From NCBI GenBank assembly GCA_043813585.1, contig JBDRKW010000020.1, positions 65,185 to 129,184 on the forward strand: a stretch of DNA of 64,000 nt. The letters are read 5' to 3'. The position numbers were made by a program, and so were the translations under genes. Position 1 is the first letter of the stretch, and each line of letters begins with the position of its first letter. The stretch is from Candidatus Kerfeldbacteria bacterium (GTDB lineage: Bacteria; Patescibacteriota; Patescibacteriia; UBA9570; XYC2-FULL-38-9). Below, in pieces: positions 17,620 to 26,128 of this stretch. The notes under the pieces are model-generated. The model saw only the letters and a program-made list of their open reading frames with translations, did no database searches and had not been told where the DNA came from.

Positions 17620-17625
17620 GGCTAT

Positions 17626-17901
17626 ATGCAGAAACATCTCAACATCCGCGTCATCGGCAGGGTTCAGGGCGTCTTTTTCCGCATGTCCGCCAAGGAACAG
17701 TGCGAGCTGCTCGGCCTGACCGGATGGGCGCGCAACGAGCCGGACGGTTCAGTCATGATCAGGGCGGAAGGCGAAGAAGCGCAGCTGGACAAACTGGTGG
17801 CATGGTGCACGGAAGGGCCGTCGCATGCGTACGTGGATGATGTACAGGTTACGGAAGGCGATGTGCAAGGATTTGAAACGTTTGAAATACGCTATAACTG
17901 A
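17626..17901 (+). CDS. acyP: acylphosphatase
   Basis: 'IRVIGRVQGVFFRMSAKEQCELLGLTGWARNEPDGSVMIRAEG' matches the AcyP signature (VQGVxFR...GWVRN). The longer ORF-track version would overlap the rlmD start. Confidence 0.8.
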   Translation: MQKHLNIRVIGRVQGVFFRMSAKEQCELLGLTGWARNEPDGSVMIRAEGEEAQLDKLVAWCTEGPSHAYVDDVQVTEGDVQGFETFEIRYN

Positions 17902-17905
17902 TCGT

Positions 17906-18247
17906 ATGGAAATAAAAATCGGTTCAGACCTCGCCTCCATTCAAAAGTTCACAACATCGGCACGGAAGGGCGGGAAGACGTTCCTTGACCGCCTTTTTAC
18001 GGAAGAGGAGCAGGAACAGGCGCAGTCCATGGAGAGCCTGGCCGGCATGTTTGCCGCAAAAGAAGCCGCAATCAAGGCGCTCGGGTTGTCTGCGGGCCAA
18101 TGGAAAATGTTCGAAATTGAAAAAGTCGGGGATGGAAAACCGAAGCTTACGCTTGTGGATAGCGATGTGCCAATTATCTCCCACGATGTTACAATTACGC
18201 ATGACGCAGAATATGCATTTGCAACTGCGGTCTTCATAGTGGAATAA
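17906..18247 (+). CDS. acpS: holo-[acyl-carrier-protein] synthase (4'-phosphopantetheinyl transferase)
   Basis: 'MEIKIGSDLASIQKF...FTEEEQ...AAKEAAIKALG...ISHDVTITHDAEYAFATAV' matches the AcpS family. Confidence 0.8.
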   Translation: MEIKIGSDLASIQKFTTSARKGGKTFLDRLFTEEEQEQAQSMESLAGMFAAKEAAIKALGLSAGQWKMFEIEKVGDGKPKLTLVDSDVPIISHDVTITHDAEYAFATAVFIVE

Positions 18248-18265
18248 ATAAAAAAAATAATACCT

Positions 18266-19828
18266 ATGGTACTAAACGATTTCGTGCGCAACGCAGCTGA
18301 AGCGTATCCAGACCAGGCTGCGCTTATTATGCAAATGGGATACCGTACTGTTTCACTGACATTCAGTGAAGCGTACGGGATGGCTAAGAAGACAGCCTGC
18401 ACTCTGGACGCGGAGGGCGTCGCGGCAGGCGATAAAATACTTCTTGCGGCAGGGAACTCGCCGTACTGGATAACCACATGGTTTGGGAACATGCTGCGCG
18501 GTTCCGTCATTGTCCCGCTGAATATCCAGAATACGACAGAGCAGGTGCAAAAGATCGCAGACCAGACCGAAGCAAAACTGTTTATCCATGATGATCAATA
18601 CGTCGGCGAGGCGCCGAAGGGGGTGAAGGCAGTCACGCTCGAGCAGTTCATTGCAAAGGTGGAAGCAGCGGACTGCGGCAACTTCACCGAATATGCGCCG
18701 AAGGAAGACGATCTCGCGGAGATCATGTATACGTCGGGAACGACCGGCGATCCAAAGGGCGTCATGCTGACGCATAACAATCTTACTTCAAATACAAAGG
18801 CGGTAACCGAGGCGCTATATGTTGACCATAATGATGTCTTTCTCTCAATCCTCCCTCTTTCGCACATTTTCGAGCAGACAGCCGGATTTCTGGCGCCCTA
18901 TTCCAGGAATTGCACGATTGTCTATGCCCATACAACTTCAGCAATACAGGAACTGATGAAAGAGTATCGGGCGACTGTTATGGCGGCAGTACCGGAATTC
19001 CTGCAGGTGGTGATGTCAAAAATTGAAGCTTCAGCAGAAGAGCAGGGCAAAGCGGCGCTGTTCGGGAAGCTGCGAAAGGTCTCCCGCGCTATCAAGATCA
19101 AGCCAATCCAGCGGCTGCTTTTCAGCAGCGTGCTAAAGAAATTCGGCGGCCGCCTGCGAATCGTCGCATCCGGCGGAGCCCCGCTAAGTCCGCGTCTTGA
19201 ACGCAAGTGGATGGATTTTGGTGTTGCGCTGCTGCAGGGGTACGGACTCACAGAAACATCGCCGGTAATATCAATGAATACACTGCATAACCATCGCATT
19301 AAATCAATTGGAAAGCCACTCAATAATGTTGAGGTAAAAATCGCGGATGACGAAGAGATTCTGGTAAAAGGCCCGAGTGTGTTTCAGGGGTATTATAAGA
19401 ATAAGGAAAAAACGAAAGCGGCGTTTACCGAAGACGGCTGGTTTAAAACCGATGATATGGGCTCACTTGACGATGACGGCTTTCTGTTCATTAGCGGCCG
19501 AAAAAAATATATGATCCTGGGTCCGGGCGGCCAAAACGTCCATCCGGAAGATATTGAGGAAGTGATCAATGCAGTGGCAGGCATCAAGGATTCAGCAGTT
19601 GTCGGAATTGAGAAGGAAAGCGGAAGGCAGGAGATCCACGCTGCGCTATTATTTGAACAGGGGCAGAAGCCGGATCCGAAGTCAGTTGTTGACGAAGCGA
19701 ACAAAAAGCTGGCGTCGTACCAGCAGATTGCCGGCTGGACCGTATGGGAAGATGACGATTTCCCCAGGTCTGCGACGCGCAAAGTAAAGAAAGAGCAGGT
19801 GTTAACGCATATCCGTGCAAAACGGTGA
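18266..19828 (+). CDS. AMP-dependent synthetase/ligase (long-chain fatty acid-CoA / acyl-carrier ligase)
   Basis: AMP-binding motif 'IMYTSGTTGDPKGVMLTHNNL'. 'GYGLTETS'. C-terminal 'GWFKTDDMG'. Confidence 0.8.
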   Translation: MVLNDFVRNAAEAYPDQAALIMQMGYRTVSLTFSEAYGMAKKTACTLDAEGVAAGDKILLAAGNSPYWITTWFGNMLRGSVIVPLNIQNTTEQVQKIADQTEAKLFIHDDQYVGEAPKGVKAVTLEQFIAKVEAADCGNFTEYAPKEDDLAEIMYTSGTTGDPKGVMLTHNNLTSNTKAVTEALYVDHNDVFLSILPLSHIFEQTAGFLAPYSRNCTIVYAHTTSAIQELMKEYRATVMAAVPEFLQVVMSKIEASAEEQGKAALFGKLRKVSRAIKIKPIQRLLFSSVLKKFGGRLRIVASGGAPLSPRLERKWMDFGVALLQGYGLTETSPVISMNTLHNHRIKSIGKPLNNVEVKIADDEEILVKGPSVFQGYYKNKEKTKAAFTEDGWFKTDDMGSLDDDGFLFISGRKKYMILGPGGQNVHPEDIEEVINAVAGIKDSAVVGIEKESGRQEIHAALLFEQGQKPDPKSVVDEANKKLASYQQIAGWTVWEDDDFPRSATRKVKKEQVLTHIRAKR

Positions 19829-20723
19829 AAAAAAGGAGAAGCTTCTAAAGATAATTTCGGAGGTCACGGACACGGACGTCAGCACGCTTGCTGATGCAAC
19901 GAACCTAGTGCGCGACCTGCAGGTTGATTCTGTCTTGCGGGTGGAGCTGGCAAGCAGGATTGAAGATGCGTTCGGCGTGGCAATTGACGAACGGAAGGTG
20001 AACCTCGACACTACGGTCGGTGACCTTTTTCATCTGCTGCTCGAGTCGAAACCCGCGGCAAAGTCCTGGAAGTTCAAGGAATGGCCTTTAACATGGTGGG
20101 CGGCGATTATCCGATCATTGATACAGGACTTATTGGTGCACCCGGTACTGAAGCTCGGAGTCAAGAAAGTGGATGTCCGCGGTCTTGAAAACCTTGAGGA
20201 CATGCAGTTTCCCGTCGTGTTCATGCCGAACCATGTACGCTATCTTGATACCGCCATTGTCTACCGCGCCATTCCGCGCAAAATAAGAAAAAAAACAGCC
20301 ATTGCTGCGGCCGTAGACATGGTCTATACGCGGTACAAGCGCTATCGGCGGTTTGCGGAAATCGGCTATAACGCCTTTCCGTTTCCGCGAAAGGAAGGCG
20401 AGAATATCAAGCCCGGACTGGATTACATGGGCAAGATGCTTGACCGCGGATACAATGTTGTGCTTTTTCCCGAGGGCAAGGCGAGCTTCACCGGAAAACT
20501 GCAGCCGATCAAACGCGGCGCAGGATTCATAGCGACGGAGATGAATGCAACCATCATCCCGATGAAAATCACCGGAATTCCGCGCATCATCCCGCCCGAC
20601 CGAACGCTGCCGATCCGGCGTGACACGGTCACTGTCACATTTGGCAAGCCGATCCGCTTTTCAAAGGAGGAGAGCTACATAGAAGCCACGGAAAAGATTT
20701 ACAAGGCGATGCAAACGCTATAA
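19815..20723 (+). CDS. fusion of an acyl-carrier-like domain with a lysophospholipid (1-acyl-glycerol-3-phosphate-type) acyltransferase
   Basis: N-terminal 'DLQVDSVLRVELASRIEDAFGV' carries the phosphopantetheine-attachment DS motif. PlsC motifs 'NHVRYLD' (HX4D) and 'FPEGKAS' follow. GTG start, overlapping the ligase stop by 14 nt. Confidence 0.65.
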   Translation: MQNGEKKEKLLKIISEVTDTDVSTLADATNLVRDLQVDSVLRVELASRIEDAFGVAIDERKVNLDTTVGDLFHLLLESKPAAKSWKFKEWPLTWWAAIIRSLIQDLLVHPVLKLGVKKVDVRGLENLEDMQFPVVFMPNHVRYLDTAIVYRAIPRKIRKKTAIAAAVDMVYTRYKRYRRFAEIGYNAFPFPRKEGENIKPGLDYMGKMLDRGYNVVLFPEGKASFTGKLQPIKRGAGFIATEMNATIIPMKITGIPRIIPPDRTLPIRRDTVTVTFGKPIRFSKEESYIEATEKIYKAMQTL

Positions 20724-20841
20724 TTGATTTTCAATAGAAGTATGGTATATTTGTGGTGATATGCATGCAATCGTTATCACAATTTTCGCGGTGTTCGCAT
20801 TTATCGTTGTTGGCAGCTTTCTCTTCGCTTAGGTTAGCACA

Positions 20842-21441
20842 ATGAACAGCAGGCTCGTCATGGCGATCGCTGGTTTGAGCATATTATGTATTGCGGGCGG
20901 CGCGGCCGCTTTTATCGTCTTCTCACCGAAGGAGCCATCCCCGACCAACAGCTCCATAATGCAACAAGCAACAATTAGCAAAAGTTCTATGCAATTAACA
21001 AGCAACGCATTTCAACAGAATGAAATGATACCGCCGTTGCACACCTGCGACGGTGCAGGGACAAGTCCCGCTTTTGCAATTGGCGGAGTGCCGGAAGCGG
21101 CACAAAGCCTGGTGTTGATAATGGAAGACCCTGATGTGTCGAGAGCAATCCGGGAGGACGGCATGTGGGACCACTGGCTCATTTGGAACATTGATCCGGC
21201 CACAGCTGCTATACCTGAAGGCACTGATCCGGCCGGAGTACACGGCACCACAACGAGCAATACGACAGCGTACGTACCCCCGTGCCCGCCGGATGCGGAG
21301 CACCGCTATATCTTCAGGCTCTATGCCCTGGACTCACTTCTTGAATTGGCTGAGGGGGCGTCAAAAGCCGAACTTCTTGCAGCTATGGAAGGCCACATCA
21401 TTGAGCGGGCGGAATTAACAGGCCGGTATAACCGTCAATAA
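20842..21441 (+). CDS. YbhB/YbcL-family phosphatidylethanolamine-binding protein (PEBP), with signal anchor
   Basis: 'MEDPDVSRAIREDGMWDHWLIWNI' and 'YVPPCPPDAEHRYIFRLYALD' match the bacterial PEBP signatures. Confidence 0.8.
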   Translation: MNSRLVMAIAGLSILCIAGGAAAFIVFSPKEPSPTNSSIMQQATISKSSMQLTSNAFQQNEMIPPLHTCDGAGTSPAFAIGGVPEAAQSLVLIMEDPDVSRAIREDGMWDHWLIWNIDPATAAIPEGTDPAGVHGTTTSNTTAYVPPCPPDAEHRYIFRLYALDSLLELAEGASKAELLAAMEGHIIERAELTGRYNRQ

Positions 21442-21442
21442 G

Positions 21443-22009
21443 ATGAAACAGGCGATTATTGTCCATTGCTGGGGAGGCGGTCCGGACTATTGCTGGTACC
21501 CTCAGACAAAAAAGGAGTTGGAGGATCTTGGTTTTAGTGTACAGGTGCCGGCCATGCCGGATACGGAAAATCCTAAATTGGATGCGTGGCTATCTGCGTT
21601 GAAAGGGGTAGTTGAAGCACCAACAGAAAATCTGTATCTCATCGGCCACAGCGCCGGATGCATTACCATTATGCGCTATTTGGAAACACTTCCGTCAAAC
21701 ACACAAATCGGCGGTGTTGTATTTGTAGCGGGTTTTACAGACGACCTTGGTTTTGAAGAAATCAAGACGTTCTTCCGGGAACCGCTGGATTTTGAAAAGA
21801 TAAAATCCGCTGCAAAGAAATTCGTGGCGATCCATTCTGACAATGATCCCTATGTCGCGCTCCGCTACGGGGATATTCTCAAAGAAAAGCTCGGTGCCGA
21901 AGTCATCGTAAAGAACAATGCAGGTCATTTTTCAGGCCCTGTCGATGATGAGGGGAGCTGCCTGTCACTGCCCGAAGTCGCAGAGTCGATAAGAAAGATG
22001 CCCGTATGA
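21443..22009 (+). CDS. RBBP9/YdeN-family serine hydrolase (alpha/beta fold)
   Basis: 'IIVHCWGGGPDYCWYP', nucleophile elbow 'LIGHSAGC', C-terminal 'SDNDPYV...AGHF'. Confidence 0.6.
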   Translation: MKQAIIVHCWGGGPDYCWYPQTKKELEDLGFSVQVPAMPDTENPKLDAWLSALKGVVEAPTENLYLIGHSAGCITIMRYLETLPSNTQIGGVVFVAGFTDDLGFEEIKTFFREPLDFEKIKSAAKKFVAIHSDNDPYVALRYGDILKEKLGAEVIVKNNAGHFSGPVDDEGSCLSLPEVAESIRKMPV

Positions 22010-22770
22010 AAGTATCAGTCGTCTGCCCCGTTCATAACGAGGAGGCTATTATTGAGCAAAGCCTTTCTTCGCTGTTACGGCAAACCGTCCTGCCGAACGA
22101 AGTCATTATTGTCGATAACAATTCCACGGACCGGACATACAGCATCATTAAATCCCTTCAGCCGAAGTTTGAAAAGAGGGGAGTATACCTGGTGCCGCTC
22201 TCCTGCGTAAACGGGAACCAAATCGAGGCGCGCATATTGGGATTTGGCACGGCAAAGCATGAATTGATCGTTTCGATGGACGCAGATACGGTATTCAAGA
22301 TCGATTGGTTCGAAAAGGCGACCAAGTTCTTTTCCGCGAATCCTGATGTTGTTGCCGTGGGAGGCAGGATCTTGTATGACGATGCCGTTATCACATTCTT
22401 TCATAGCCTGGTGTTTTTCTTCTACCGGCTGTTTCCGAGGAGGTATAATTTCTACGGTTCAAACGCTGCGTTCAGAAAGGGCGCCTATCTTGAATCCGAC
22501 GGCCTGAAAGGCTGCCGCATGACGTATGAAACAAAGAAATTCCAGGAACCGTATGACGACGTTTATTTGTCGTTCATGTTAAAAGTAATGGGGCAGGTAG
22601 TACCGGTTCCAGAACTCATTGTGCACGGCCTATCGCGCAAAGACGGCGAGCACGTATCGCTCGTTCGAGCGCTCGGCCGGCTCCTGCGGCAGCTCCGAGA
22701 GACGCTCTGGCTTCAGAAACATTTACTCAATAAAGTTGAACGTGCTACAATCAGTCGGAATTCAACGTAG
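22006..22770 (+). CDS. family 2 glycosyltransferase
   Basis: 'VSVVCPVHNEEAIIEQSLSSLLRQT...EVIIVDNNSTDRT', then a DxD 'SMDADT'. Confidence 0.7.
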   Translation: MKVSVVCPVHNEEAIIEQSLSSLLRQTVLPNEVIIVDNNSTDRTYSIIKSLQPKFEKRGVYLVPLSCVNGNQIEARILGFGTAKHELIVSMDADTVFKIDWFEKATKFFSANPDVVAVGGRILYDDAVITFFHSLVFFFYRLFPRRYNFYGSNAAFRKGAYLESDGLKGCRMTYETKKFQEPYDDVYLSFMLKVMGQVVPVPELIVHGLSRKDGEHVSLVRALGRLLRQLRETLWLQKHLLNKVERATISRNST

Positions 22771-22771
22771 C

Positions 22772-23374
22772 ATGAACATACAACAAGCAGTACAACAGAT
22801 AAGAGAAGGTGGTTTTGTTGCGGTAACAGATGATGAGGACCGCGAAAACGAAGCAGACCTAGTGATTGCAGCTCAGCATATTACACCAGAGCTGATGGCT
22901 TTTATGATCCGCAATACCAGCGGGATTATCTGCATCGCCATGGAGGAGGCGCGCCTGAAGGAACTGGAACTGAATCTTTTGCGCGAAACGGACAACACAG
23001 CCCATTTCGGCACGCCGTTTACCATGCCCGTAGACGTAAAGCAGAATACGCGAGGCGGCGTTTCTGCTGAAGAGCGTGTGCAAACCGTGCGGGCATTGAT
23101 CGATCCGGACGCAAAACCGGATGATTTCGGACGGCCGGGGCATGTTTTTCCATTGCGCGTCCATCCGGAAGGCCTTCGCGGCCGTCTTGGCCATACAGAA
23201 GCCTCTATAGATCTCATAAGGCGCGCAAAATGCACGCCAGCGGCGGTTATTGCTGAATTGCTGAATGAAGACGGCTCGCTCATGCGCGGCGCGGATCTGC
23301 GTGATTTTCTCGAAAAAAACAAGATCCCGTTGGTTTCTGTCCGTGAACTCGTAGAAGGCGAAAAACAGACTTGA
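22772..23374 (+). CDS. ribB: 3,4-dihydroxy-2-butanone-4-phosphate synthase (monofunctional RibB)
   Basis: 'VTDDEDRENEADLVIAAQ...FMIRNTSGIICIAM' and 'RPGHVFPLRVHPEGLRGRLGHTEASIDL'. ATG 22772 is preferred over the upstream extension, which overlaps the GT2 gene. Confidence 0.85.
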   Translation: MNIQQAVQQIREGGFVAVTDDEDRENEADLVIAAQHITPELMAFMIRNTSGIICIAMEEARLKELELNLLRETDNTAHFGTPFTMPVDVKQNTRGGVSAEERVQTVRALIDPDAKPDDFGRPGHVFPLRVHPEGLRGRLGHTEASIDLIRRAKCTPAAVIAELLNEDGSLMRGADLRDFLEKNKIPLVSVRELVEGEKQT

Positions 23375-23442
23375 ACAAAGTGAAAAAACGGTATATAACG
23401 TGTACAAGGCCTGTACGGTCTTTTAACGTAATATCGCCAAAA

Positions 23443-24210
23443 ATGAAAATCCAAGTTATCGGTCTGCAGAGAAGCGACCTCATTTCATACATAAAAAAGA
23501 ACCATCCGAAAATTACGATTGTTGAGAAAGATCCGGAGCTTATCATCTGTTACGGCGGCGACGGAACACTCCTGTATGGCGAACGCATGTATCCCGGCGT
23601 GCCGAAAGTATTGCTGCGCAACAGCCTCATCTGCAATCTTTGCGCAAAGATCGCGAAGGATGAGATCCCTCAGCTCCTTCTTGAAAAAAAATTCACCATT
23701 GTCGAACATATCAAACTGGAAGGTTCGTACGACGGAAAATCGCTCAAAGCGCTGAACGACATTGTCGTTGCACACCCGAACGTCAACGGCACCCTGCGCG
23801 CCATCGTCTACGTGAACGGAAAAAAATACGGCGGAGAGATTCTTGGCGACGGTTTGATTATCGCAACGCCGATCGGTTCAACAGGGTATTTCCAGAGCAT
23901 CACGCGCAGCAATTTCCAGACCGGTATTGCGTTGGCGTTCAATAACAGCGTGAAGATTATCAACCATGTTGTGCTTAAAGAAGATTCGAAGATAGAGGTA
24001 GAGGTCACCAGGGGTCCGGGCGTACTGGCTGCGGATAATGATGAAGATCAGATCAGCCTAACCACAGGTGACAAAGTCCGGGTTGAGGCATCCGGCGAAA
24101 AAGCTCAATTAGTCGAATTTAATGAAGAGTACGAGCGGTTCAACGTTACCACCAGCACCAACCGTGTCCCGCTCGGCTTCTGCCAGATTTGCAAGCAGAA
24201 TTATGACTAA
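23443..24210 (+). CDS. nadK: NAD(+) kinase
   Basis: 'ICYGGDGTLL' and 'NDIVVAHPNVNGTLRAIVYVNGK...GDGLIIATPIGSTGY'. Confidence 0.85.
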   Translation: MKIQVIGLQRSDLISYIKKNHPKITIVEKDPELIICYGGDGTLLYGERMYPGVPKVLLRNSLICNLCAKIAKDEIPQLLLEKKFTIVEHIKLEGSYDGKSLKALNDIVVAHPNVNGTLRAIVYVNGKKYGGEILGDGLIIATPIGSTGYFQSITRSNFQTGIALAFNNSVKIINHVVLKEDSKIEVEVTRGPGVLAADNDEDQISLTTGDKVRVEASGEKAQLVEFNEEYERFNVTTSTNRVPLGFCQICKQNYD

Positions 24211-24772
24211 GCCGGCGGTTACTGTTGTTACCACCAACACGAGCAAGTTCAACCAGATCACCGAGGCATTAAGCCATTATGATATCCGGACGCAGCTTCT
24301 GGATGTTGATATTACAGAAATAAAGAGCCTCGATGTGACGGCAGTCGTTCGCGACAAAGCGGTAAAAGCATATGAGCAGGCAGGCGAACCGGTGTTAGTG
24401 GATGATTCAGGCATCTATTTTGATGCCTATAAGGATTTCCCCGGGACATATTCAAAGTTTCTCTATAAGACGATAGGGTTTGACGGTATTTTAAAGCTTG
24501 TGCAGCCCGGAGACAGTGCGGTGTTCATTTCGTACGCTGCATATATGGATAATACGCTGGACGAGCCGATGCTGTTCAAAGGTGAATATTCGGGAACGAT
24601 TACGGAACAATTTGACCAGTCGAAGGATTACGAGATGCCGTACGCGCCAATGTTTATCCCATTGGGCGAGAGCAAAGATATGGCCTCCATGACTCCGGAA
24701 GAGCGGGGGAACGACCACCGCCACCAGGCGATTGATGCATTTGCAAAGTGGTTTAATGAACGGCAGCCATGA
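24203..24772 (+). CDS. rdgB: non-canonical purine NTP pyrophosphatase (RdgB/Ham1 family)
   Basis: 'VVTTNTSKFNQI', 'LVDDSGIYFDAYKDFPG', 'FISYAAY'. Start overlaps the nadK stop. Confidence 0.8.
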   Translation: MTKPAVTVVTTNTSKFNQITEALSHYDIRTQLLDVDITEIKSLDVTAVVRDKAVKAYEQAGEPVLVDDSGIYFDAYKDFPGTYSKFLYKTIGFDGILKLVQPGDSAVFISYAAYMDNTLDEPMLFKGEYSGTITEQFDQSKDYEMPYAPMFIPLGESKDMASMTPEERGNDHRHQAIDAFAKWFNERQP

Positions 24773-25929
24773 AACAGGTTGTCGTCGCAAACATCGGGGA
24801 GCTGGTACTTAAAGGCGGGAACCGCCGGTCATTTGAGGGGACGCTTTTAAAAAATATCGATATCGCTCTTAAAGGTTTGGGCGTGAAGGTGAAAAAGGGC
24901 TACGGCATTATTACAATATCCGGATCTGGTGAAAAGGAAATAAATGCAAAGGAGGTTATGCAGCGGTTGCAGCATGTTTTTGGGATCGCATCGCTGTATG
25001 CCGCGACCGAAATAGAGAACGATGCACAAGCCATCGAAAACCATGCGTTACAGCAGCTTGGACAACTGACGTATAAGACGTTTGCGATTCGCGTGAAGCG
25101 GACAAACAAAAAATTCCCGGTCTCAAGCGGAGAGCTGGAAAAAAAGATCGGTGCTGCCGCATGCGCATCGTATGCAAAGGATGTAGATTTAACAGATCCA
25201 GATGTCACAGTGCATATTCGCATCGCAGAGGATAATGCGATGGTGTATGCCGAGAAAATCTCCGGAGCGGGCGGTTTGCCGGTCGGAACGGGCGGCAAGA
25301 TGCTGTCTCTAATTTCTTCAGGCATTGATTCGCCGGTCGCCAGTTCTATGATGATGCGCCGGGGAGCAAGCGTGCACTATATCCATTTCCATAGTTATCC
25401 TGCAACAAGCAGGGCGTCTGCGGAAAACGCGGAACAGCTTGTTAAGATTATCCAACAGCATCAGCCGCCGACAACACTGGCCATGGCGCCGTTTCATGAT
25501 TTCCAAAAGCAGATTATTGAAAAAGCGCCTGCGCCGCTTCGCGTTGTGATGTACAGGCGCGGAATGTACGCCATTGCGGATGCGCTCGCCGGCAGGATGC
25601 GCGTAAAAGCGCTTATTTCAGGCGAGAGCCTCGGCCAGGTCGCATCGCAAACCGTCCAGAACATGACGGCTACATCGTACGGGCTGAAACGACCGGTATT
25701 CAGGCCGCTCATCGGCATGGATAAGCAGGAGATCGTCGACCGCGCAACGGCAATTAATACCTACGAAACGTCCATCCGGCCGTATGACGACTGTTGTTCA
25801 TTCCTCGTACCGGAGCATGTTGAAACAAGCGCGAAGCTTAGAGAAGTGCTGGACATAGAACAATCGCTGCCATGGAATGAGATGATTTCAGGAGTTCTTG
25901 ATCAACTCGAAGTGAAAAAGGTGGTATAA
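24769..25929 (+). CDS. thiI: tRNA 4-thiouridine(8) synthase ThiI
   Basis: THUMP-like N-half, PP-loop 'LISSGIDSPVASSMMMRRG', C-terminal 'CCSFL'. Confidence 0.8.
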   Translation: MKQVVVANIGELVLKGGNRRSFEGTLLKNIDIALKGLGVKVKKGYGIITISGSGEKEINAKEVMQRLQHVFGIASLYAATEIENDAQAIENHALQQLGQLTYKTFAIRVKRTNKKFPVSSGELEKKIGAAACASYAKDVDLTDPDVTVHIRIAEDNAMVYAEKISGAGGLPVGTGGKMLSLISSGIDSPVASSMMMRRGASVHYIHFHSYPATSRASAENAEQLVKIIQQHQPPTTLAMAPFHDFQKQIIEKAPAPLRVVMYRRGMYAIADALAGRMRVKALISGESLGQVASQTVQNMTATSYGLKRPVFRPLIGMDKQEIVDRATAINTYETSIRPYDDCCSFLVPEHVETSAKLREVLDIEQSLPWNEMISGVLDQLEVKKVV

Positions 25930-25936
25930 TGTCATT

Positions 25937-26128
25937 ATGAAGGAAGCGCAACAATATCGCTGCCGGGACTGCGACAACATCTCCTGGCAGCCGGAAATAT
26001 GCCACGGCGTCCCAATGGAAGCGCTCTGTTACTGTGGTTCAGGGGAGTTTTTAAGCGACTGCCATGGCGAAGAGGGAAGCGAAGCGGCGCGTGCCGCGGG
26101 ACAATTTGAACCGAAGCAACCGGCATGA
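25937..26128 (+). CDS. small SEC-C motif zinc-binding protein
   Basis: 'CYCGSGEFLSDCHG' matches the SecA C-terminal metal-binding motif CxCGSGxxxxxCHG. An extra CxxC lies at the N-terminus. ATGA-coupled to the next gene. Confidence 0.5.
   Translation: MKEAQQYRCRDCDNISWQPEICHGVPMEALCYCGSGEFLSDCHGEEGSEAARAAGQFEPKQPA

Noticed and set aside
17509-17625. 5' extension of acyP overlapping the rlmD start
   Set aside because: Acylphosphatase homology and size (about 90 aa) begin at ATG 17626. The extension would run antisense through the rlmD start codon.
22619-22771. 5' extension of ribB overlapping the GT2 gene by 150 nt
   Set aside because: RibB homology starts at the Met encoded at 22772, immediately after the GT2 stop. 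The extension has no homology and would create an unusual long overlap.
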